Shown here: positions 39,141 through 47,939 of the stretch, in pieces | Position numbering within the stretch: position 1 is the first letter of the stretch | Layout: the number at the start of each line of letters is the position of its first letter | Assembly: GCA_009392215.1 (NCBI GenBank) | Contig: VFGZ01000039.1 | Coordinates: 9,633 to 73,632, forward strand | Length of the DNA: 64,000 nucleotides | Origin: SAR202 cluster bacterium | Lineage (GTDB): Bacteria; Chloroflexota; Dehalococcoidia; Lucifugimonadales; Lucifugimonadaceae | Direction of reading: 5' to 3' | Translations under genes and position numbers: made by a program | Notes under the pieces: generated by a model | Told to the model about the DNA's origin: nothing | The model's input: the letters and a program-made list of their open reading frames with translations, nothing else | Databases searched by the model: none

Positions 39141-40421
39141 TTAGATCATTGCATCTGCAACCATGTCAGGATCGGCTCCTGACCAGGTATCCCGGTATTT
39201 GACTCGTCGTTTCCCATGCGGTCCAACAACTTCAAATGCAGGAGATTCGTGACCTCCCCAATGGAAATGCTCGCGTGGCTCGTCAGTGATTTCTACGGTT
39301 AAATCTGGTCGATCAAAAACATCAGGTCGTAACCGGGTTCCCAGCCCCGGACCTTCAGGTGCTAATAAATGTCCGTCTTCTATTTTTATGTTGGTCTCCA
39401 GGACTTTGTCATACCAACCGCCTGGCCCGTAGAAAGCTCTGCAGGTTTCCATCAGGAAGACATTTGGGGCGTTCATAGAGATGTGCGCGCAAGCAAAAAC
39501 ATTAACTGGTCCGGTCATATCATGGGGTGCGACGGGTCGCTGCTCAGCTTCTGCCATTGTGCAAATCTTTTTCGTTTCTGTAATCCCACCTGTCCATATA
39601 AGATCGGGCATAACGACTTCCGCTGCTCCGGCTTTCAAATATTCTCGGAACTGGTATTTGCTTATAAGTCGCTCTGAAACACATATCGGAGCTTCAATTT
39701 CATCCGCAAGTCTTAGATGACTATCAACGTTTGTAGGTTGGATTAATTCCTCTTGCCACATCATGTCAAGATGATCCATGGCCTTACCAATTTTGATGGC
39801 AGAATTCAGGTTCCACCTTCCATGACCATCGTTAGCAACCTCGATCCGGTCTCCGACAGCTGCGCGAATATCAGAAACAGGTTTTATAAGGAGTTTTAAA
39901 TCTTCGTTAGAAATATGTGTGCCACGGTTAATATCGGCAAATTGATCAGTAAATGCCCATTTCATAGCAGTGATGCCGTCGTCGATAAGACTTTTAGCAA
40001 GTGTTCCTGCATCGACTATGGCCATCTCCATATCTTTATTATCTCCGTATTGGCCAGTGGTGTTGTAGGTACGGATACGGTCACGACATGCGCCGCCTAG
40101 TAGGTTATAGATGGGTTGTCCGGCTATCTGCCCGGCTATATCCCATAAAGCGATGTCAATTGCCGATATCGCTCTCGCTTCAGCTCCCGCATAGCCATAT
40201 GCGTTGGCCATGTCGAACATGTCACGCCAGTGGCGCTCAATCGCTAATGGATCTTTGCCGATCAGCATCGGGGCGAACATTTCGTGAACACAACCTGCGA
40301 CCGCCCTTGGGCCAAAAAAAGTTTCTCCTAGACCAATGTGACCAGAGTCAGTTTTGACTTGTACCCAGATGATGGCTGGGAATTCCTCAAGATAGATCGT
40401 TTCGATAGACTTGATCTGCAA
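39141..40421 (-). CDS. Mandelate racemase/muconate lactonizing enzyme family protein
   Basis: GLGETF, SAIDIALWD, NDGHG, WQEE, VSER, APHD, PGLG; clearly related to the 19755 and 21059 paralogs. Confidence 0.92.
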   Translation of the reverse strand: MQIKSIETIYLEEFPAIIWVQVKTDSGHIGLGETFFGPRAVAGCVHEMFAPMLIGKDPLAIERHWRDMFDMANAYGYAGAEARAISAIDIALWDIAGQIAGQPIYNLLGGACRDRIRTYNTTGQYGDNKDMEMAIVDAGTLAKSLIDDGITAMKWAFTDQFADINRGTHISNEDLKLLIKPVSDIRAAVGDRIEVANDGHGRWNLNSAIKIGKAMDHLDMMWQEELIQPTNVDSHLRLADEIEAPICVSERLISKYQFREYLKAGAAEVVMPDLIWTGGITETKKICTMAEAEQRPVAPHDMTGPVNVFACAHISMNAPNVFLMETCRAFYGPGGWYDKVLETNIKIEDGHLLAPEGPGLGTRLRPDVFDRPDLTVEITDEPREHFHWGGHESPAFEVVGPHGKRRVKYRDTWSGADPDMVADAMI

Positions 40422-40507
40422 CGTCGGGACTCCCTTTATTTGATGACATTGATAGCTCTAAATCGTATTCTAATTGTCCAATCGACCATGTAGGGGTATT
40501 CACAATA

Positions 40508-41155
40508 ATGAATAACATCACTAATAGACTTTCGAAGTGTTATACCGGGGCTGTTTACGATGTGATGCGTGAAATGGGACATCCTGATTGTGCGCTTCCG
40601 CATGATATACGTCCCTTAGATGACTCTCAGACGTTGGCTGGCCCAGTGTGGCCCTGTAGTGGTGTTATTGATGAAACTATCTCCGACGACGATTCTCTTT
40701 TGAGTTGGACCGGGTTGTTGAGTAAAGCGCCGAGTGGATCGGTGTTAGTTTGTCAGCCCAACGATTCCACCATCGCTCATATGGGCGAACTTTCGGCAGA
40801 AACTCTGAAATATAGAGGAATTCTCGGGTATGTGGTTGATGGTGGAACCCGAGACGCTGATTTTATAAAACGTTTGGATTGGCCTATCTATTTCCGTTAT
40901 TACACACCACAAGATGTTGTTGGAAAATGGAAAGTGGAATCAATGGGGAAACCAATCACTATCGGTTCTGTATTGATTTCCCGAGGAGATTGGATTCTTG
41001 CAGACATCGACGGTGTAATTGTAATTCCCCAGTCTTTGATCATGACTGTTGTGCGCAAGACAGAAGAGATCATGACAACCGAGAGTGAACTGAGGTCGAT
41101 GATTCTAGGTGGTATGGACCCTCAAGATGCTTACAAAAAATATCGTTTATTTTGA
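40508..41155 (+). CDS. RraA family/HMG (4-hydroxy-4-methyl-2-oxoglutarate) aldolase-like protein
   Basis: MGEL, G.VVDGGTRD, GDWILADIDGVIVIP. Confidence 0.85.
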   Translation: MNNITNRLSKCYTGAVYDVMREMGHPDCALPHDIRPLDDSQTLAGPVWPCSGVIDETISDDDSLLSWTGLLSKAPSGSVLVCQPNDSTIAHMGELSAETLKYRGILGYVVDGGTRDADFIKRLDWPIYFRYYTPQDVVGKWKVESMGKPITIGSVLISRGDWILADIDGVIVIPQSLIMTVVRKTEEIMTTESELRSMILGGMDPQDAYKKYRLF

Positions 41156-41258
41156 GGTAAGAGTTTTTGCCAAAATTCGTTGTATGCCTAATTGGGCTCT
41201 GCTAGGATTGTGATTCGAGTATTTAAGTCGAATTTTCCATATTCCAACCGAGGTTATA

Positions 41259-41753
41259 TTGACAACTGCTGATACGAAGCAGAGTTCAGCATTACGAGTT
41301 GAAATTCAACGGATTCTGAGCGCACAAAAGCAACCGACAATCACCATATTGTCGTCCTTACTTGCAGTACAAGATTCTATTCATTACCTGCCGGATGAGG
41401 CTATCAAGGAAACCGCGAGATTCACAGGCGAGACTACAAATGAAGTCTGGAGCGTGGCGTCTTTCTATACCAACTTTCGTTTTACCCCACCAGGTGAAAA
41501 AACGTTAGACGTGTGTTGGGGTCCATCGTGCCACTTGCTCGGAGCCCAGAACATTCTTGAGTCGGTTCACTCCGCACTAGAGATCACTGAAGAGAGCGAA
41601 AGTCCTGATGGAAAGGTCACCCTGAAATACAACACATGTCTTGGAGCCTGTGCGCAAGGTCCCTGTATCGCAATTGATCATCGAGTTTTTGGTAAACAAA
41701 CTCCGGAGACTGCAAACAAGATAGCCAAGGATTTGCGGGGACTTAAATCCTAA
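41259..41753 (+). CDS. NuoE-like [2Fe-2S] subunit
   Basis: VASFY..F, CWGPSC...CLGAC ligand set. Confidence 0.9.
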   Translation: MTTADTKQSSALRVEIQRILSAQKQPTITILSSLLAVQDSIHYLPDEAIKETARFTGETTNEVWSVASFYTNFRFTPPGEKTLDVCWGPSCHLLGAQNILESVHSALEITEESESPDGKVTLKYNTCLGACAQGPCIAIDHRVFGKQTPETANKIAKDLRGLKS

Positions 41754-41792
41754 CTTCAAACTTCCGATCTAGCTACCGAGGAAATCATACAG

Positions 41793-43514
41793 ATGTCAAC
41801 TCCGTTCGAAGAACTAAAGACCCGTGCGCTAAAACGCTGGGACGAGTTCACGAGTACTGAGAAAGCTTGGATCCGTATCGGAGGCGGAACTTCAGGTCAG
41901 GCTTCTGGCGCCGACGAGGTTTTTAACTCATTCAGAAGTACTGTTGAGAAAATAGGTGCCAACGCAAATGTTTCTATGGTTGGGGCAATGGGACTTATGT
42001 ACATGGAACCCCAGGTAGACGTTCTGATGCCGGACGGGGTTAGGGTGTTCTATGGGAATGTTCATCCGGATGAAGCCAAAGAAATTGTTACTCAACATGT
42101 CAATGATGGAAAACCTCTCCTTGACCGAGCGTTTGCATATAGCGGCGGGGACGGCACGACTACAGGCTCTCTTCCGTCATTAGACTCGCTGCCAACGATG
42201 TCTTTTCAAGAACGAATTGCCACAAGAAATTTTGGCGAAACAGACCCTCACGATCTATTGCAGTATATAGCCCGAGGCGGTTACGAGGCACTTAACCGAG
42301 CCCTCACTGAGATGACGCCAGAGGAGATTGTTGAGGAAGTTAAAGCATCAGGATTGCGTGGTAGGGGTGGTGCTGCATTCCCGGCGGGAGTCAAGTGGGG
42401 TTTTCTGGCTCCGTCCACTGCACCAATAAAATATGTGTTGTGTAATTGCGAGGAGGGAGATCCGGGAGCTTTCAATGATAAAGGGATTATCGAAAATGAT
42501 CCTCATACTCTCATAGAAGGACTCATCATCAATGGATATGCAACAAAATCCACGCACGGATATGTCTTTATCCGAACCGGTCATAATCTCCCGATTGAAG
42601 CAGCGAGGAAAGCTATACAAGATGCTTACGACGTAGGTCTTCTTGGCAAAAATATTCTGGGATCTGATTTTTCTTTCGAAATGGAAGTGTCGTTAACTGG
42701 TGATTCTTACGTTGCTGGTGAAGAAACTGCGTTGATGGAGGCCATAGAAGGAAAACGGGCCACTCCTAGATTTAAACCGCCATTTCCTGCTGCTGCTGGA
42801 CTTTGGCAGAAGCCCACAAACATCAATAACGTCAAAACGCTAGCCTATGTGCCGGAGATTGTCCGTAACGGTTCAGGATGGTTTAAGGATATTGGTACCG
42901 AGACCACATCAGGTACAGCGATTGTTTGTTTGTCAGGACACATTACTTATCCAGGGATGTATGAAATTCCAATGGGTATGACGATTCGTGACGTATTAGA
43001 AAAAATTGGAGGCGGGGTTTCTGAAGGTGAACGTATTAAAGTACTTCAAGCCGGTGGGCCTCTTAATGGTTTATTGGGGGAAGATGCATTCGACACTATG
43101 ATTGATTTCGACGCTATGTCAGAAGCTGGAGCATCCATTGGTTCCGGTGGAATCATAGTGGGTAATGAATCCACCAACGTGGTTGATCTACTCAGAAATC
43201 TTATCGCATTCAACCAATTTGAATCTTGTGGGAAATGCTTCCCATGCCGGTTAGGCAATACCCACATGCTAGAGATTTTAGATCGAATGTGCCAGAACAA
43301 GGCTAAGCCTGCAGATTTAGCTTTAATTGAACGAGTGGGCATAAGCATGAAAGCTGGATCACTGTGTGGCCATGGGCAACTTGGTTTTAACCCAATCGCA
43401 TCTGCCCTCAAATATTTCGGCGATGAGATTGACGCATGCCTGGCTGGAGAGCTTCCTGCCCCAGGTGTTTTTGGTGACGGCACAATGATTCTTCCCACAC
43501 GTACTCGACCTTAG
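41793..43514 (+). CDS. NuoF-like FMN/NADH-binding subunit with N-terminal thioredoxin-like domain
   Basis: SGLRGRGGAAFPAGVKW, NCEEGDPG, YVAGEETAL, ESCGKCFPCRLG...SLCGHG. Confidence 0.92.
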   Translation: MSTPFEELKTRALKRWDEFTSTEKAWIRIGGGTSGQASGADEVFNSFRSTVEKIGANANVSMVGAMGLMYMEPQVDVLMPDGVRVFYGNVHPDEAKEIVTQHVNDGKPLLDRAFAYSGGDGTTTGSLPSLDSLPTMSFQERIATRNFGETDPHDLLQYIARGGYEALNRALTEMTPEEIVEEVKASGLRGRGGAAFPAGVKWGFLAPSTAPIKYVLCNCEEGDPGAFNDKGIIENDPHTLIEGLIINGYATKSTHGYVFIRTGHNLPIEAARKAIQDAYDVGLLGKNILGSDFSFEMEVSLTGDSYVAGEETALMEAIEGKRATPRFKPPFPAAAGLWQKPTNINNVKTLAYVPEIVRNGSGWFKDIGTETTSGTAIVCLSGHITYPGMYEIPMGMTIRDVLEKIGGGVSEGERIKVLQAGGPLNGLLGEDAFDTMIDFDAMSEAGASIGSGGIIVGNESTNVVDLLRNLIAFNQFESCGKCFPCRLGNTHMLEILDRMCQNKAKPADLALIERVGISMKAGSLCGHGQLGFNPIASALKYFGDEIDACLAGELPAPGVFGDGTMILPTRTRP

Positions 43515-43531
43515 ATTTCGGAGATTCCTGG

Positions 43532-46231
43532 ATGGCAGACGGAACTATTTTTAAGATTGATGGCCGCGAATTAACAGCGAAACCTGGTCAGACTATTTTG
43601 CAGGCTGCGCTGGATCAAGAAATATACATTCCCTATCTTTGTTACTTTCCAAAAATGAAGCCTCAAGGTTCATGTCGGGCATGTATGGTCGAGGTCGATT
43701 CAAACGGCAGGAAAATGACAGTGGCCTCTTGTACGACGCCACCTATGCCGGACGCTGAGGTCACAACGAACAGTGAAGAAATTCAGGACCTACGTAAAAA
43801 TATAATTGAATTGTTAATGGCTGAACATCCGCACGGATGTTTGACTTGCCACCGAATAGAACTCTGTGGGCCACAGGACATATGCCAAAGGCATGTAACG
43901 GTCACCGATCGTTGCACTATCTGCCCGAAAAACGAGAGATGCGAACTAAAAGATACTGTACGAATGGTTGAGCTCGATCTACGGACACCATTGAATTACC
44001 ACAGACGTGATCTTCCTATTCACGCAGATGATCCGTTTTACGACCGAGATTACAATCTTTGTATCGTGTGCTCACGATGTGTCCGAGTTTGTGATGAAGT
44101 TCGTTTTGATACAGCTCTAACACTTACATCGCGATCAGGCGTTGCGTTAGTAGGCACCTCGCAGGGTACCTCATTACTTGAATCGGGGTGTGAATTCTGT
44201 GGGGCTTGTATAGATGTATGCCCAACTGGCGCACTTACTGAAAGAAATTATAAGTGGGAGAAGGCAGTATCAGAAGTTACTACAATTTGTACGAACTGCC
44301 CCGTAGGTTGCCAAATGGTGGCTGAAGTGAATAAGTTCGGTAAAGTTGTGCGTTTTAAAGGTGATTTGTCAGGTGCTGCCAATAATGGTCAAGCTTGTAT
44401 GACAGGCAAGTTTGGATATGAATATACCAATCATAATTCACGGTTACGTCGACCTTATGTGCGAGAGGGCGGGATCCTACGGAAAGCGACTTGGGAAGAG
44501 GCTCTCAATAAAATAAGTCTTGGTTTGGGTGGTAAATCCCCAGATGAGGTAGCAGTATTAACTTCACCAAGAGGATCAAATGAAGATCAGTTCGTAGCTG
44601 CCAAATTCGCTGAAACGGTTCTACGCACACCAAATGTTGATTCAGGACTAAACGTAAATGACGCGCTTTTGTCCCAACTGGAAAAACGCATTGGTGCTGG
44701 AGCTGCAACCAACTCCATATGGGACCTCGAAAAATCACGTAGCCTCATGGTCGTAGCAGGAAATCCAACTGAGGAGCAAAACGTATTAGCCGTAGCGGCT
44801 AAAAAAGCGATACGTGAAGGAGCTAAACTGGTAGTAATAGACTCTAGGGAGACGGAATTAACACGTTATAACGCTGAATGGTTACGTCCGAAACCTGGCT
44901 CCGAGCCTCTGTTGGTTGCTGGCATTTCACGAGCGATTCTTGATGAGTCACTTGAAGATAAACACTATCTAGATACTCGCTTGAATAATGTCACTGAATT
45001 AAAGCAATCACTATGGTCATTTGACCTTAAAAAAGTAGCCAGGCAAACCGGAATAGAAGAATCTCAGATCCGTCGAGCAGCACGTATATTCGCTGATAGC
45101 GACGCCGGTGCCATCCTTGTCGGAAATGACGGTCTTGACGATACGGCGACAACGCAACTGGTGGATGCGGTTGTCGACCTTGCAGCTATAACCGGGAATA
45201 TAGGCGGGGATGCAAGCGGGGTTTTCCCATTGTTCAAAGGAGCCAACACACTAGGCGCCCGTGATTTGGGGGCTCGACCCGGAGAAAATGGGCTTGGCGT
45301 GAAGGAAATAATATCCGGCATGATGGACAATAACATCAAGGCAGCGCTTGTAATGGCGGATGGTTTATCCGGTCATTCCGCAGTTCTTGAAGGTCTTACA
45401 TCAGGCCTGGAGAAGCTTGAATTCCTCGCCGTATCAGCTGTCTTTGATTCGGAAATTACTGCCCACGCTGATGTAGTTTTACCAGCTGCAACATACGCAG
45501 AACAAACATCAACCGTGACCAATTTGGAACGTAGAGTCCAGCTCTTGAGGATTACTTCAGAATCTCGAGAAGAAGTGCGTACAGGCTGGGAGACAATATG
45601 CCACATCGCTAACGCTATGGGTGGTTCTGGATTCGATTATTCTTCATCATCGGAAATATTTTCCGAGATCTCACGTACCTTCAAAAATTATGCTAATTTA
45701 TCGCATACTCAACTGGAATCAGGTGGCATACAGTGGCCGACCGTTGATGGAGATAATATTGGTACGCCAACGCTGTTCGCTGCTTCAGATGAACTGATTA
45801 CTGTTATACCGCTGGATTATGACGAATTCGCTAATTCAGTTAGTGAAAATCAACTGATTTTCGCACCCGGACGGGTTCTAAGTCAGCCAGAGCGTGACGT
45901 TCAGATTAACAAGGCTGATGAAATGAATTACATTAGTCGAGAACAGTTTGTCCAGATCCATCCTGCCGACGGTGATGCGGCTGGAGTAAACGAAGGTGAT
46001 GCTGTTTATGTCAAGCATGTAGACGGACACACACTTGCTTATGGAAAAGTTGTGTTCGAGTCTCCTCATCCAGGCTTGGTAGGGGTAACTACATTGTTCG
46101 GAGAACTTGCATCCAGAATCCACGACCTTGAAATTCCTGATTGGTCTCCTCATATGCCAAACTTAGGTTACTCAAAAGTTACTTTGGAATTAGTTACTAA
46201 TGAACAGGAATCAGAAACGGCTGCTGACTGA
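43532..46231 (+). CDS. NuoG/FdhA-like multi-Fe-S protein with degenerate molybdopterin domain
   Basis: [2Fe-2S] C...GSCRAC...C; HxxxCxxC; CIVCSRCVRVC and CEFCGACIDVCP; CTNCPVGC...C; ADVVLPA...E...TNLERRVQ. Confidence 0.88.
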   Translation: MADGTIFKIDGRELTAKPGQTILQAALDQEIYIPYLCYFPKMKPQGSCRACMVEVDSNGRKMTVASCTTPPMPDAEVTTNSEEIQDLRKNIIELLMAEHPHGCLTCHRIELCGPQDICQRHVTVTDRCTICPKNERCELKDTVRMVELDLRTPLNYHRRDLPIHADDPFYDRDYNLCIVCSRCVRVCDEVRFDTALTLTSRSGVALVGTSQGTSLLESGCEFCGACIDVCPTGALTERNYKWEKAVSEVTTICTNCPVGCQMVAEVNKFGKVVRFKGDLSGAANNGQACMTGKFGYEYTNHNSRLRRPYVREGGILRKATWEEALNKISLGLGGKSPDEVAVLTSPRGSNEDQFVAAKFAETVLRTPNVDSGLNVNDALLSQLEKRIGAGAATNSIWDLEKSRSLMVVAGNPTEEQNVLAVAAKKAIREGAKLVVIDSRETELTRYNAEWLRPKPGSEPLLVAGISRAILDESLEDKHYLDTRLNNVTELKQSLWSFDLKKVARQTGIEESQIRRAARIFADSDAGAILVGNDGLDDTATTQLVDAVVDLAAITGNIGGDASGVFPLFKGANTLGARDLGARPGENGLGVKEIISGMMDNNIKAALVMADGLSGHSAVLEGLTSGLEKLEFLAVSAVFDSEITAHADVVLPAATYAEQTSTVTNLERRVQLLRITSESREEVRTGWETICHIANAMGGSGFDYSSSSEIFSEISRTFKNYANLSHTQLESGGIQWPTVDGDNIGTPTLFAASDELITVIPLDYDEFANSVSENQLIFAPGRVLSQPERDVQINKADEMNYISREQFVQIHPADGDAAGVNEGDAVYVKHVDGHTLAYGKVVFESPHPGLVGVTTLFGELASRIHDLEIPDWSPHMPNLGYSKVTLELVTNEQESETAAD

Positions 46232-46342
46232 ACAATATTCACAGTTTTTACCACTGCGTCATGTTGATAACTAGTAAACTTAACTGAAGAAAAACTTATC
46301 GAGATAATACAAATCAACTGTTATAAGAAGGGGTGAACTGGA

Positions 46343-46672
46343 ATGTCAAAACCGCAGGATGTCAACGACGCTGAATTCGGTACGGAAGTCATCGACTCTG
46401 AGATACCAGTACTCGTGGATTTTTGGGCTGAATGGTGCGGACCCTGCAAGATGATTGCCCCAGTGGTTGAAGAACTTGCAAGTGAATATCAGGGCAAGGC
46501 AAAATTCGTTAAACTTAACGTGGATTTCAACCCGGAAACCTCAGCGAAATATGGTGTTAGAAGTATTCCGACGTTGTTGATATTTAAGGGAGGCGCACCT
46601 GTTGGTCAGGTGGTTGGTGCGGTCCCTAAGCAACAATTACAGGCACGGCTGGACGACGCGCTGGATGCTTAA
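46343..46672 (+). CDS. trxA: Thioredoxin
   Basis: DFWAEWCGPCKMIAP, SIPT. Confidence 0.97.
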   Translation: MSKPQDVNDAEFGTEVIDSEIPVLVDFWAEWCGPCKMIAPVVEELASEYQGKAKFVKLNVDFNPETSAKYGVRSIPTLLIFKGGAPVGQVVGAVPKQQLQARLDDALDA

Positions 46673-46771
46673 TGTTGTTTAAGTGATAGAGCACACTACT
46701 AAACTGTATTACAAAGTCCTCAGCCAAATTAATGAGCACCTTTAACTTTTTATAGTTACGTTATCTGGTGG

Positions 46772-46869
46772 GGGAGTGGATGGGTCCCGGTGGACCTTGC
46801 GGACTTCAACTCCGTTGGCGTGCGCCCTTCGGTGTGCGCGGAGGGTTCGACTCCCTCGCACTCCCGCCA
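46772..46869 (+). tRNA. selC: tRNA-Sec (anticodon UCA at 46806-46808)
   Basis: 6-bp D-stem GGGTCC/GGACCT with CGGT loop; anticodon loop CTTCAAC; 9-bp variable arm; T-arm GAGGG-TTCGACT-CCCTC; 13 nt from T-loop to discriminator G; encoded CCA. Confidence 0.95.
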
Positions 46870-46912
46870 TAAATCCAACTTGGCAAAACATTATCTCTGT
46901 AGGAGTTCAACT

Positions 46913-47905
46913 GTGCTATATAAAACACTCGGCAATACAGAAATTGAAGTGTCGGAATTTGCTCTCGGTTGCTGGCCATTTGCTGGTGGGAAAGTTTGGG
47001 GCCCTCAGGATGATTCACTGTCTATCCAAACGGTTCACGCTGCTTTAGACAACGGGATAAACTTTTTTGATACGGCCGAAGGTTATGACGATGATTCACA
47101 TTCCGAGGAAGTATTAGGACGAGCACTTTTAAACCGACGATCACAGTCTGTAATTGCTACAAAAATCAGTCCAACACATTTAATCCCAGAATCAATCGAA
47201 AAAACGTGTGATGAAAGTCTGCAAAGACTTCGAACTGATTACATCGATCTCTACCAGATTCATTGGCCTAATCACTCTGTATCAGTTGAAGATTCATTGG
47301 ATGTTTTGCTGCGATTACGTGATGCGGGCAAAATTCGCGCTATCGGTGTTTGTAATTTTGGGATACAAGACCTCTCAGATGCACTGGACGCGTCCGAAAT
47401 TGTAACTAACCAACTGCCATATAACCTCTTGTGGAGGCCGATAGAACGTGAAATATTGCCTAAATGCTTAGAACACAACGTCGGTCTGATTTGTTACAGC
47501 CCACTTGCTCAAGGATTGCTTGCAGGGCGATATGCGTCGCCTGATGATGTCCCTGATGGGTTGTCGCGTTCTCGCTTGTTTAACGGTAATCGACCATTAG
47601 CTACGCATGGGGAAGAAGGCGTAGAAGCCGAAACCTTCAACGCAATTTCCGAAGTCGTTTCATTGGCTGATGAGATGGGACAACATCCCGCCAAAATATC
47701 ATTGGCCTGGGTTCGGTCAAGGCCTGGTATAACTGCCCTTCTTGTAGGGGCAAGATCTCCGCAAGAGTTAGATTTGAATATACCTGCTTTTGATTATTCA
47801 TTACCACCATCTGATGTTGATCGCCTATCGTCGATAACGGATTTAGTCAAACATAAACTTGGGACAAATGCCGATATGTGGAATGCTGATAATCGTATGC
47901 GCTAA
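46913..47905 (+). CDS. Aldo/keto reductase
   Basis: GTG at 46913 after AGGAG; FFDTAEGY, IATK, DLYQIHWP, IGVCN, YSPLAQG. Confidence 0.92.
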   Translation: MLYKTLGNTEIEVSEFALGCWPFAGGKVWGPQDDSLSIQTVHAALDNGINFFDTAEGYDDDSHSEEVLGRALLNRRSQSVIATKISPTHLIPESIEKTCDESLQRLRTDYIDLYQIHWPNHSVSVEDSLDVLLRLRDAGKIRAIGVCNFGIQDLSDALDASEIVTNQLPYNLLWRPIEREILPKCLEHNVGLICYSPLAQGLLAGRYASPDDVPDGLSRSRLFNGNRPLATHGEEGVEAETFNAISEVVSLADEMGQHPAKISLAWVRSRPGITALLVGARSPQELDLNIPAFDYSLPPSDVDRLSSITDLVKHKLGTNADMWNADNRMR

Positions 47906-47939
47906 TTGGGACTTAATGATGTTCCCTAAAATCAGTTGT

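Noticed and set aside
43532-46231. Formate dehydrogenase alpha subunit, [FeFe]-hydrogenase, or a Sec-containing FDH
   Set aside because: No Cys/Sec-His at the metal-ligand position, no in-frame TGA, no H-cluster motifs
46790-46912. N-terminal 41 aa of the aldo/keto reductase ORF, and the antisense/alternate ORFs here
   Set aside because: Overlaps tRNA-Sec; the real start is GTG 46913 behind AGGAG
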